A DNA stretch of 64,000 bases from a virus: the IMG/VR virus record IMGVR_UViG_3300027849_000009, one strand, 5' to 3'. Numbering within the stretch: position 1 is the stretch's first letter; each line of letters opens with the position of its first letter. Shown piece by piece: positions 1-9,085 of this stretch. Under the pieces are notes generated by a model. It was not told the DNA's origin. It saw only the letters and a program-made list of their open reading frames with translations, and made no database searches. Both the position numbers and the translations under genes were made by a program.

Positions 1-1
1 T

Positions 2-2152
2 GGTATAGTGTCTACAGACTACAACACCATCAATGGTGCGCTTACCTCCCTGCAAGCAGATGTTATAGAGTATGCTGATTGGTATGGTCCAACAACTTAT
101 GATCGAGTTAAATGTAAAAGAGACATTGGATATATTCTTGATGCTCTTACTCACGATATAGTATACGAAGGAAATGTTGGCGCAGTTACTTCTGCAAGAG
201 CATACTTTGTTGGTGCTGTAAGTCAATTAGGTGCAGGAGAGAAAGTTGCTACATTAGGTGCATATGCATATCTGAAGACTTCATTAGGACAAGTTGTTCT
301 TGAAACATATACTGGTCAAGATACTAGCGCAGGAACTGCCACATCTACTCAAGCAACTCAGTTGGGTGTTCTTATGGACATCATCACTGAAGTTATTAAC
401 GATGAAAACTTGAACAATCTTGACGCTACTATTCTACCAAACTTTACTGGTGTTAATGCTACAACAGCGGCAAACTACTCTACTATTCTAGCACAGAAAA
501 GCACGATTCAAACACAAGCAATACAGTATGCTAATCTATACGGTCCTTCATCTTACGATAGAACTAGATGTCGTAGAGACATAGGGTTTATTGTTGACGG
601 TCTAACATTCGATATATTATATGGCGGTACACACGCCATGATTATAAACTCTCGTGCATACTTTGTTGGTGCTGCCAGTCAATTAAACCCTGGTGAAGTT
701 GCGGCAACAATTGCAACATACGAGCATATGAGAGACATTATTGGACAACTTCTCACCAATAATCTTACAAGTAATGTTACTACTGCTTCAGCATATGGTC
801 CTAACGAGACTGGTAACTCCGGTCAGTATGCAACTTCAACAGAATCAACCATTATTAATACGCTGATTGACGACCTCTTAGTTGCCACTTTAGTTGCTGG
901 TAATACTGATAGTCTACCAACTGAAGTTGATCCTATTTTATCAAGTCGTGGAGTAAGTGCAGAGTTACGAAACGCGATTGCCGCAGTCAAGAAAGATCAG
1001 GACTTCATTGTTCTTCAGTCCGTAAAGTCTGCTAAGAATACTGGTGACACTACAATCTTCTTGAAGTCTGGCGATTATATAATAAACAATCCTATTAAGT
1101 TACCGCCTAAGACTGCAATCGTTGGTGATAACTTGAGAACAACAACGGTGCGACCTAAGAGTGTTGACTCTGATATGTTCTATATGGACAATGGTTGCTT
1201 CATCAAAGATATTACTTTCCGAGATCATCAGAACTTTGCTGCCTGTGTAGCATATGATCCTAAAGTAGAAAGTGCTGGCGCTGGACCATTCATCGTTCAA
1301 TCACCATATGTTCAGAACTGTACATCTATTACCAACGATGGTATCGGTATGAAGATTGACGGATCTAAATGTTCTGGATTGAAGTCGATGGTATCAGACG
1401 CATTCACTCAGTACAATGCCGCTGGTATTGGTACTTACTTGTTGAATCGTGGTTACGCACAGTTAGTATCAATCTTTACAATCTCAACTCAGACTTCTAT
1501 TCTTGCTGAAACTGGCGGACAATGTTCTATCACGAACAGTAACTCCTCGTTTGGTGACTTCGGATTGATTGCTCGTGGTAGTTCTGAAGTACTATATGAC
1601 GGTAATCTCGATTCAGCAAAACTTTTGTATGATGACACCATTCGTATTTCAGGAGTGATAAATAGAGATAGTGCTGATTACTTCGGAACTGTAGGACAAA
1701 CTAAGTTGCCTAACTACGGCGATGCAATGAAGTTTGACAGTGAAGAATATTACTATACAGTGTTGGGTGTTGATTCAGTCGGTGGCGGTATGTACGACAT
1801 TGCATTCGAACCTGGACTGAATAGTAATAAGAAAGCAAATCAGCAGATGACCTTCAGACAGCGATCTGTTATCACATCATCTTCTCACACATTTGAATAT
1901 GTTGGATCTGGAACTAACACGTTTACTGCTATTCCACAGAATGGTGGTATACCAAGACCAGAAAGAGAAGTAGTATATGACTCTGCAACGAACGAAGGTT
2001 TAGTAGTATTTACATCAACGGATCAGTTAGGCGACTTTAGAATTGGTTCTGAACTGACAATTAAAAGACAGGAAGGTAGAATTGTAGGTGAGACGTTTGA
2101 ACGATCTCTATACGCTATTCTAACTCCATATATTCTAGCACTAGAAGGTTAA
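2..2152 (+). CDS. Large virion structural/fibre protein, 5'-truncated; N-terminal ~152-aa helical repeats and C-terminal pectin-lyase-like beta-helix
   Basis: Frame is open from the window edge; repeat YDRxxCxRDIGxIxDxLTxDIxYxG at nt 98 and 554; TIFLKSGDYIINNPIKLPPKTAIVGDNLRTT is a typical beta-helix start; lies in the structural module. Confidence 0.7.
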   Translation, partial: GIVSTDYNTINGALTSLQADVIEYADWYGPTTYDRVKCKRDIGYILDALTHDIVYEGNVGAVTSARAYFVGAVSQLGAGEKVATLGAYAYLKTSLGQVVLETYTGQDTSAGTATSTQATQLGVLMDIITEVINDENLNNLDATILPNFTGVNATTAANYSTILAQKSTIQTQAIQYANLYGPSSYDRTRCRRDIGFIVDGLTFDILYGGTHAMIINSRAYFVGAASQLNPGEVAATIATYEHMRDIIGQLLTNNLTSNVTTASAYGPNETGNSGQYATSTESTIINTLIDDLLVATLVAGNTDSLPTEVDPILSSRGVSAELRNAIAAVKKDQDFIVLQSVKSAKNTGDTTIFLKSGDYIINNPIKLPPKTAIVGDNLRTTTVRPKSVDSDMFYMDNGCFIKDITFRDHQNFAACVAYDPKVESAGAGPFIVQSPYVQNCTSITNDGIGMKIDGSKCSGLKSMVSDAFTQYNAAGIGTYLLNRGYAQLVSIFTISTQTSILAETGGQCSITNSNSSFGDFGLIARGSSEVLYDGNLDSAKLLYDDTIRISGVINRDSADYFGTVGQTKLPNYGDAMKFDSEEYYYTVLGVDSVGGGMYDIAFEPGLNSNKKANQQMTFRQRSVITSSSHTFEYVGSGTNTFTAIPQNGGIPRPEREVVYDSATNEGLVVFTSTDQLGDFRIGSELTIKRQEGRIVGETFERSLYAILTPYILALEG

Positions 2153-2158
2153 AGAAAA

Positions 2159-2530
2159 ATGGCAACTCCACTTAATACGTTTAAGTCAACTTCTGTTACT
2201 GTTATTGGTAAAGATACACTTACTGGCGACAGCGATTTAGTCTATACTTCACCCAACGGAATCACTGCGATTGTGTTGATGGCGCAGGTAGCGAATATCG
2301 ACTCTGCTGGTACTGGTACTTTCGAGGTTAATATGCAACAGGCGCTGTCACTGGCAGCACCAGCAGTTCACTTGATTAAAGGTTATCGAGTTGCGCCTCG
2401 TGATGCAGTAAGTCTGATTACAGGTAAGTTAATTATTGAAGAAAACGGTGTTATCCGATGCTCAACTAATGCGGCGGGTGCTGGCAAACTGCAATTAACT
2501 CTAAGTTATTTGGAATCATTAAATGGTTAA
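2159..2530 (+). CDS. Small virion structural protein
   Basis: 123-aa beta-rich ORF coupled between fibre genes. Confidence 0.55.
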   Translation: MATPLNTFKSTSVTVIGKDTLTGDSDLVYTSPNGITAIVLMAQVANIDSAGTGTFEVNMQQALSLAAPAVHLIKGYRVAPRDAVSLITGKLIIEENGVIRCSTNAAGAGKLQLTLSYLESLNG

Positions 2531-3767
2531 TACAATAAGCGTTTCGGGCACTTCTCTTACAGGTGGTGTAACAACCAGACCAGTAGCGGATCTCGATTCA
2601 GCAAGATATGAGTATATCACTCTCGACCAGGTAGAACCTAGTCCTGGTAATCCGACAACTGACGGTCAAGTACTTACGTCTACTGCTAGTGGTGTTAGAT
2701 CATGGGGTGATATATCTTCACTTACACTCAATGCACTTAACTTCACATCATTAGATTCGGGTGATACAAGTGATTTCTACGCCCTATTTGTAAAGAATAA
2801 TCCTTTTGATGGTGCTACGGATAGTGTTGTTGTTCGTAAGATTGGTGAAGGCGCATTTGCTGAGACCGCAAACGAGACACTAGCAACTGTCACCGCACGA
2901 GGCGATAGCACACAAGTCTACTCGTACTTCTACGGTGGACTATATGCTGACAGTGTAGTAATTAATGGTAATCTTACTGTTAATGGTACACAAACAATTC
3001 TGAACACCGCAACATTAGAAATCGATGATAAGAATATTGTTATTGCTAAGAATGCAACTAACAATGCAGAAGCAGAAGGCGCGGGTATCACTGTCGCTGG
3101 AGCAAATGCTGGTATCACATATGCATCGACAGATAACTCGTGGAACTTTAACAGACTAACTAATTTCGAAACAGGCATTGCAGTAGTTGGAGCGTCTCTA
3201 TTTGATTCTGCAACCTTCGACAATGATGTTGTAATTAACAACACTGACGCATCTGTTACTGCTACATTCGGTCTATTCTTAGAACCAACAACAAATAGAA
3301 TTGTTAGACGAACTATATCAACTGATATTCTTGACGGTACTGTCAACTTAACACAAGTTACATCGACTGATGCAGACTTAACTTTCTACCCTACATTTGT
3401 TAGTGTACTAAATGGCGGAGATAGTGCTAAAGTTGATAGTGCATTATCATACAATGCTTCTAGTAATAGACTCACTATGGGTAACTTATCTCTTACTCAG
3501 ATTGATAGAGATCAAGAGACTGATAACGTACTTGTACTTTCTGCACAGGACTCTGTGTCATTCAGAGAATTGGGTAATCTTGCATATTTGGATTCAGAGC
3601 AAGACACACTACAATCTGTAACCAGTCGAGGTGCTACTAGTACAGATAGTGTCACATTCGCAGGCGTAACGGTAGAGGGTGATCTCGAAGCGAGTCGCTA
3701 CTTTGATGCGCAAGCAAGACAATTAGTAATTTATGACTCAGTAGGTGCTACTCTCTGGGGTGCATAA
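2523..3767 (+). CDS. Tail fibre-like protein
   Basis: T/S/G/A-rich; INGNLTVNGTQT and IDDKNIVIA fibre motifs; shares the YPTFV..DSA..LSYN module with the 6788 and 8423 ORFs. Confidence 0.7.
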   Translation: MVNTISVSGTSLTGGVTTRPVADLDSARYEYITLDQVEPSPGNPTTDGQVLTSTASGVRSWGDISSLTLNALNFTSLDSGDTSDFYALFVKNNPFDGATDSVVVRKIGEGAFAETANETLATVTARGDSTQVYSYFYGGLYADSVVINGNLTVNGTQTILNTATLEIDDKNIVIAKNATNNAEAEGAGITVAGANAGITYASTDNSWNFNRLTNFETGIAVVGASLFDSATFDNDVVINNTDASVTATFGLFLEPTTNRIVRRTISTDILDGTVNLTQVTSTDADLTFYPTFVSVLNGGDSAKVDSALSYNASSNRLTMGNLSLTQIDRDQETDNVLVLSAQDSVSFRELGNLAYLDSEQDTLQSVTSRGATSTDSVTFAGVTVEGDLEASRYFDAQARQLVIYDSVGATLWGA

Positions 3768-3794
3768 ATAAACAGATAAACTTTGGAGTAACAA

Positions 3795-4550
3795 ATGGCA
3801 TCGCCAGATTCAAGACAAGATTTAATCGACTTCGCTCTACGTAGATTAGGCGAACCTGTAATTGAAATCAATGTTGATATAGATCAAGTTGAAGATAAGG
3901 TTGATGACGCTCTTCAGAAATACCAAGAGTATCACAGTGATGCAACACTTAGAACTTATCTAAAGCATGAAGTAACTGCCACTGATGTGACCAATGGATA
4001 TATTCCTTTGAGTGCAAGCATTCAGTGGGTGAAGAGATTGTTTCCTATGAACTCTTCGTTTGGTTCTGGTGGAAATATGTTTGATCTAAAGTATCAGATG
4101 TACTTAAACAATATGCAAGACTTCTACAGTTTCGCGGGCGATCTATCATACATATATCAGATGGAACAATATCTGAGCATGATCGATCAACAACTGAATG
4201 GACTACCACAAGTGCGTCACTCGCGTAGACAGCAACGTCTATACATTGATGGCGATCTTGCTGACGGAGATATTAAAGCAGGCGACTATGTTGTTGCCGA
4301 AGTATATCAAATCATTGATCCAGAAGTACACTTGAGCATATGGAATGATATGTTCATGAAAGATTATACCACACAATTAATCAAACAGCAATGGGGCGTG
4401 AACATGTCCAAGTTTGAGGGAATGCAATTGCCTGGTGGTGTTACTATTAGTGGTCGTCAATTGTATGAAGACGCGACTGCTGAAATCGAGAAACTTGAAG
4501 AGAAATTACGTCTCGAACAAGAACTCCCAGTTGACTTTCTGATAGGATAA
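3795..4550 (+). CDS. gp13: Neck protein gp13
   Basis: LRRLGEPVIEINV, KQQWGVNMSKFEGMQLPGGVT; first of the 13-14-15 block. Confidence 0.93.
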   Translation: MASPDSRQDLIDFALRRLGEPVIEINVDIDQVEDKVDDALQKYQEYHSDATLRTYLKHEVTATDVTNGYIPLSASIQWVKRLFPMNSSFGSGGNMFDLKYQMYLNNMQDFYSFAGDLSYIYQMEQYLSMIDQQLNGLPQVRHSRRQQRLYIDGDLADGDIKAGDYVVAEVYQIIDPEVHLSIWNDMFMKDYTTQLIKQQWGVNMSKFEGMQLPGGVTISGRQLYEDATAEIEKLEEKLRLEQELPVDFLIG

Positions 4551-4551
4551 C

Positions 4552-5454
4552 ATGGCAACTAATCTTTACTTCTCACAAGGCAGAAAGTCTGAGCAGACTC
4601 TCTACGAAGATATCATTATTGAATCTTTGAAGATGTATGGTCAGGACGTTTACTATGTCCCACGTGAACTGGTCAACAGAGATACAATCTTTGGTGACGA
4701 TAACACCTCACGATTCGACAATGCTTATCGTATAGAAATGTACATCGAAGGCGTTGAAGGGTTTGATGGCGAAGGTGACTTGTTCGCTAAGTTTGGTGTA
4801 GAGATTCGAGATGCTGCCACATTCATTATGGCAAGGCGTCGATGGTTGAATACTGTTGCTTCTATCGAGAACACATTAGAAGAACCTTTCTATCGCCCAA
4901 GAGAAGGCGATCTAATTGTTTTAACATTGTCTAACTCAATATTTGAGATTCAGAAAGTAGAAGACGAGACACCATTCTACCAGTTAAAGAATCTTCCTGT
5001 GTTCCGTATGCGATGTGAACTGTTTGAATACAATGACGAAGACTTTGATACTGGTGTTGGAGAGATTGATGCAATTGAAACTGTACATGCATACACAACT
5101 ACTCTGATATTTGACGAGACTACATTCAGTGTAGCAGGTAGTAAGTTTGAAATTGGCGAAGAGATATCACAGGTCAATGCAACTTTCACTATGAAAGGAG
5201 AGATTGCTAATATTGATGCATCTGTTCCTGGAACATATAAAGTGTATGTCGCACATGGTGGTGGTTCTGATGGACTCTATCATAGTTGGGCAGCATCGTT
5301 ACCTGTAGTAGGACAGACTTCTGCAATTAGTGAAACTCCGACTTCAGTTGCAGGCGAGAACTTAGAGGTTGACAATCAGAATGCAATCTTTGATACTGTT
5401 GCAACAGAATTCATCGACTTCTCAGAGTCTAATCCATTCGGAGATCCAGTATAA
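4552..5454 (+). CDS. gp14: Neck protein gp14
   Basis: ESLKMYGQDVYYVPRE, KFGVEIRD, RPREGDLI, C-terminal DFSESNPFG. Confidence 0.93.
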   Translation: MATNLYFSQGRKSEQTLYEDIIIESLKMYGQDVYYVPRELVNRDTIFGDDNTSRFDNAYRIEMYIEGVEGFDGEGDLFAKFGVEIRDAATFIMARRRWLNTVASIENTLEEPFYRPREGDLIVLTLSNSIFEIQKVEDETPFYQLKNLPVFRMRCELFEYNDEDFDTGVGEIDAIETVHAYTTTLIFDETTFSVAGSKFEIGEEISQVNATFTMKGEIANIDASVPGTYKVYVAHGGGSDGLYHSWAASLPVVGQTSAISETPTSVAGENLEVDNQNAIFDTVATEFIDFSESNPFGDPV

Positions 5455-6743
5455 TGTTAGGTTCACATTTCTATCATCAAAGAATTAGAAAAGCAGTTGC
5501 CGTATTTGGTTCATTGTTTAATAACATAAATGTCATACGCAAGAATACCGCGGGTGAAGTTATTAGTCAAGTAAAAGTTCCATTATCATATGCACCTAAG
5601 CGAGACTTTCTCACACGCATGGATAATATGCTTAACGGTGAGGTAAACGAAAGACAGATAGCATTAAAACTGCCAAGAATGTCATTCGAAATCGTAGCAA
5701 TGAACTATGATCCAGTAAGACAATTGCCTAAAATGAACAACTGTGTTAAAGCGCCGACAACTTATACTGGTTCAGCAACACAACTATACACACCTGTTCC
5801 ATATAATGTCAACTTTCAGTTGAACGTGTATGGTAAAAGTCAGGACGATGTATTACAAATTATCGAACAGATTCTACCTTATTTCACACCACAGTATACT
5901 GTAACAGTAAAACCTTTATCGGAGTACGATGTCAAGGAAGACACCCCCATAACATTGCAAGGCATAACATTCTCTGATGATTATGAAGGTCAGATAGAGA
6001 ATAGACGTTCAATCATATATACACTCGATTTTGAAATGAAGATTAGTTTGTATAAGGGTGTTGCCGCAACAGGTACTATTATAACAAGTGCTGATATCGG
6101 TGTCAAAGACTTAGAAGGAAATGACTTGTTCACTACATCCGTAGTAGGCAATGTTATAACAGGAGCAAGCGGCACATTAACAAACGAAGATGGCGGTACA
6201 ATAACAACCACATTTAAGATTGCTAATGCACAAAGTAGAGTAGTATCATATACGATAGGTACTGGTCCTACAAATGGTAATGCGCTTGCTACTGTCAGTT
6301 CATCTACCACAACGCCGACAGGTGCATTTAACGCTACGGGTACTTGGGCGTATACACCTGATCCAGACTTCTCGGGTGCTGATTCTTTTGTACTAGAGGT
6401 AAATTTAGTAGATGGAACAAAACTCGATCAGACAATCAATGTCTCAGTAACCAACTCTGTCGATGATGCTATTAATGTTGTAACATCAATTAACACAGGT
6501 GATGCATTGTCAATAGATATTGATGTAGGTGCTAATGACACATTCGAGTCTACATCTATTGTTTACACTATACCATCGGGCGGTGATCCAGATAATGGTG
6601 TGATAGCAATACAAGATTCGGTAAATGGAATCATTCGATATACTCCTACTAGTGGGTTTACCGGTGTTGATACATTTACATACAGAGTAACTCCTAGTAC
6701 AGGACAGGCAGAAACTGCAACAGTTACGATAACCGTGACTTAA
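5454..6743 (+). CDS. gp15: Tail terminator gp15 with C-terminal Ig-like (Big_9/cadherin-like) extension
   Basis: FGSLFNNI, KVPLSYAPK, LPRMSFE, QIIEQILPYF; then two YTP..F.G.D.F repeats. Confidence 0.9.
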   Translation: MLGSHFYHQRIRKAVAVFGSLFNNINVIRKNTAGEVISQVKVPLSYAPKRDFLTRMDNMLNGEVNERQIALKLPRMSFEIVAMNYDPVRQLPKMNNCVKAPTTYTGSATQLYTPVPYNVNFQLNVYGKSQDDVLQIIEQILPYFTPQYTVTVKPLSEYDVKEDTPITLQGITFSDDYEGQIENRRSIIYTLDFEMKISLYKGVAATGTIITSADIGVKDLEGNDLFTTSVVGNVITGASGTLTNEDGGTITTTFKIANAQSRVVSYTIGTGPTNGNALATVSSSTTTPTGAFNATGTWAYTPDPDFSGADSFVLEVNLVDGTKLDQTINVSVTNSVDDAINVVTSINTGDALSIDIDVGANDTFESTSIVYTIPSGGDPDNGVIAIQDSVNGIIRYTPTSGFTGVDTFTYRVTPSTGQAETATVTITVT

Positions 6744-6748
6744 AACAC

Positions 6749-6756
6749 TATAAATA
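6749..6756 (+). promoter_or_regulatory. T4-type late promoter TATAAATA
   Basis: Exact gp55 consensus upstream of a fibre gene. Confidence 0.8.
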
Positions 6757-6787
6757 GAATTATAGAAACATATTCTGAGGAAGAACA

Positions 6788-8380
6788 ATGGCAGGCGTAA
6801 AGATAACAGATTTAGACTCGGCATTCGGTGCACCCGCAATCGATGACGTTCTAATCATAGTAGATACAAGTACTAACTTGACCAAGCAGATTCGCGCGGA
6901 TGATTTGCTCCTTGGGCAGACTGCTGAAAAAGCGAACACTATATTGGTCTCGACAGACACGACATCAACCGAAGCGAAGATTCATTTCGGTAATGGCGCA
7001 TCAGGTACGTATGACTCTGTTGGTATTAGCAACTCGCTTACATACGATGCCGCAACAGGTTCTTTGACAGCACTTGCATTCGAAGGTAATGGTTCTGCTT
7101 TAACTGACTTGCCTCAGAATGATCCTGTCGTGAATGCTGTTGATGCTGGCACAGATGCTAATCCATATTATATAATGATTCGCAACAGTGCGACTGGATT
7201 AGACAGTGTACATACTCAGAGCAACTTAACATCTAATCCAAATACTGGTGTATTAACTACTCCTTTCTTTGCTGGTAACGGTTCGTTACTAACAGGTGTT
7301 CTTGCTGATAGTGCGACAAATGCTGACAGTGCAAACTTTGCTACCGAAGCGACTCATGCTCTATATGCTGACAGTGCTACACAGGCAGCAAGTGCTTTAT
7401 TTGCTCTAAATGCAACTCAAGCAGTTAATGCTGATAGTGCGACAGTCGCCACGTCCTCTTTGACCTCTGCTCTTGCTACATTTGCTCTTGCTGCCGACAG
7501 TGCCGCCAGCGCAAGTAATGCAGTGCAAGCACAATATGCTGACACCATTGCAACTACTACTGCCGCCTCCGAGACAACTTTGTATCCTTTCATGGGTACT
7601 GCTCAGACTGGATTACAAGCAACTCTTGCCGCTGATGCCGCATTAACATATAACGCATCGAACGGTAGATTATCTTCAACAGCATTTTCTGGTGATGGTT
7701 CTTTACTTACTAACTTACCTATTCCTGGTGGTGGTAGTATTGCTAACGCATTGAATGTACTTCCTTCTGCTGTAGATGCTTCACACTCCATTCTATTTGT
7801 TCAGAGTGCGACTGGTGTAGATAGTGTAAACACAGATGCGGGTTTACTGTACAATCCATTAAGCAACTTATTAACTGCTGGTGCTTTCTCTGGTGAAGGT
7901 AAACTACTCACTGAAGTACCTGCAACAAAGATTAACTCTAACTTTAATCCTACTACTGGCACTCAGTATATAATGTTGAAAGCATCTCAGACGGGTTCTG
8001 ATAGTGTATCGACAGATGGTGGTATCGTATTTGATGCAGGAACTAATACACTAACTGCTACAAATCTTGCTGGTAATGGTTCGAACATAACAGACGTAGC
8101 GGCAGTCTCTGCTACTAACGCTGCCAACATAGCGATCACCACGATCAATGATAGTGCAACATACTATGTGCATCTTGGTTCGGCAGCATCTGGTAATGAT
8201 AACACTAACGTGGATCTCAATCTAACATACAATCCTTTGCAGAATCTATTGAATAGCGGTATCGCGTATACTACAGATAGCGCAGGATTATGGAACGGTG
8301 CGGCACCCACAACTCTTGACTCAGCAGTCAATCGATTTGCGATATTACTTAAAACATTAAACAGTCAAGTAGGCGCTTAA
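6788..8380 (+). CDS. Tail/neck fibre protein with internal ~60-aa repeats
   Basis: Repeated module ..SATG.DSV.T...L.YNP...LT...F.G.GS.LT; Ala/Thr-rich; own late promoter. Confidence 0.75.
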   Translation: MAGVKITDLDSAFGAPAIDDVLIIVDTSTNLTKQIRADDLLLGQTAEKANTILVSTDTTSTEAKIHFGNGASGTYDSVGISNSLTYDAATGSLTALAFEGNGSALTDLPQNDPVVNAVDAGTDANPYYIMIRNSATGLDSVHTQSNLTSNPNTGVLTTPFFAGNGSLLTGVLADSATNADSANFATEATHALYADSATQAASALFALNATQAVNADSATVATSSLTSALATFALAADSAASASNAVQAQYADTIATTTAASETTLYPFMGTAQTGLQATLAADAALTYNASNGRLSSTAFSGDGSLLTNLPIPGGGSIANALNVLPSAVDASHSILFVQSATGVDSVNTDAGLLYNPLSNLLTAGAFSGEGKLLTEVPATKINSNFNPTTGTQYIMLKASQTGSDSVSTDGGIVFDAGTNTLTATNLAGNGSNITDVAAVSATNAANIAITTINDSATYYVHLGSAASGNDNTNVDLNLTYNPLQNLLNSGIAYTTDSAGLWNGAAPTTLDSAVNRFAILLKTLNSQVGA

Positions 8381-8422
8381 CACTAAGTCTAAATAACAGA
8401 AAGTATTTGAGGAAGAATAGAA

Positions 8423-9085
8423 ATGGCAGATATTAAGATATCGGCACTACCAGTACTAACATCAGCGGTTGATTCTGATGTTATTGTTATTAATGACGTA
8501 AGTACTGGAACGACGAAGAAGATTACCCGTGGTCTTTTGTTGAATCATCTAGCAAAGCAACTACGGGACTCTGCTGATGGCGGTATTGTCATTCCGAATG
8601 GCGACCTTACTCTTGCTAACGAACTAATCGCTGGTGGTGATATCTCAACTTCGGGTACAATTAACTTTGGTATCCTGCGAGATTATGTTAATAACACATA
8701 TGCAACTTCAATAGTTGATTCTGCTGGTGGTTATGATCTAAGTGATAGTGCTTTAACTACAACTTTGTCAGTTGTTCAATATCTTGCAACACACACTTCT
8801 GATCTAATTAGAATTGATTCTGCTGGACCTACACTCACTACACTATATCCAGTAATGACAAGTATTGTTGCGGGCGAAGATAGTGCGAGAACAGATACAC
8901 AACTATCATACAATCCTCAGACAAATATTCTAACTGCGGGTTCTTACTCTGGTTTAGGCAACTTACTTGGTTACACAGCAGATAGTGCAGGACTCTGGAC
9001 TAGTCCGGCACCAACAAATGTTAAAGATGCGATAGACAGACTAGCATTAACAGTCAAAACACTGAATAGTCAAGTAGGCGCTTAA
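8423..9085 (+). CDS. Short fibre protein, paralogue of 6788..8380
   Basis: Similar N-terminus (MADIKISAL vs MAGVKITDL); identical C-terminal KTLNSQVGA; late-like TCTAAATA at 8388. Confidence 0.7.
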   Translation: MADIKISALPVLTSAVDSDVIVINDVSTGTTKKITRGLLLNHLAKQLRDSADGGIVIPNGDLTLANELIAGGDISTSGTINFGILRDYVNNTYATSIVDSAGGYDLSDSALTTTLSVVQYLATHTSDLIRIDSAGPTLTTLYPVMTSIVAGEDSARTDTQLSYNPQTNILTAGSYSGLGNLLGYTADSAGLWTSPAPTNVKDAIDRLALTVKTLNSQVGA

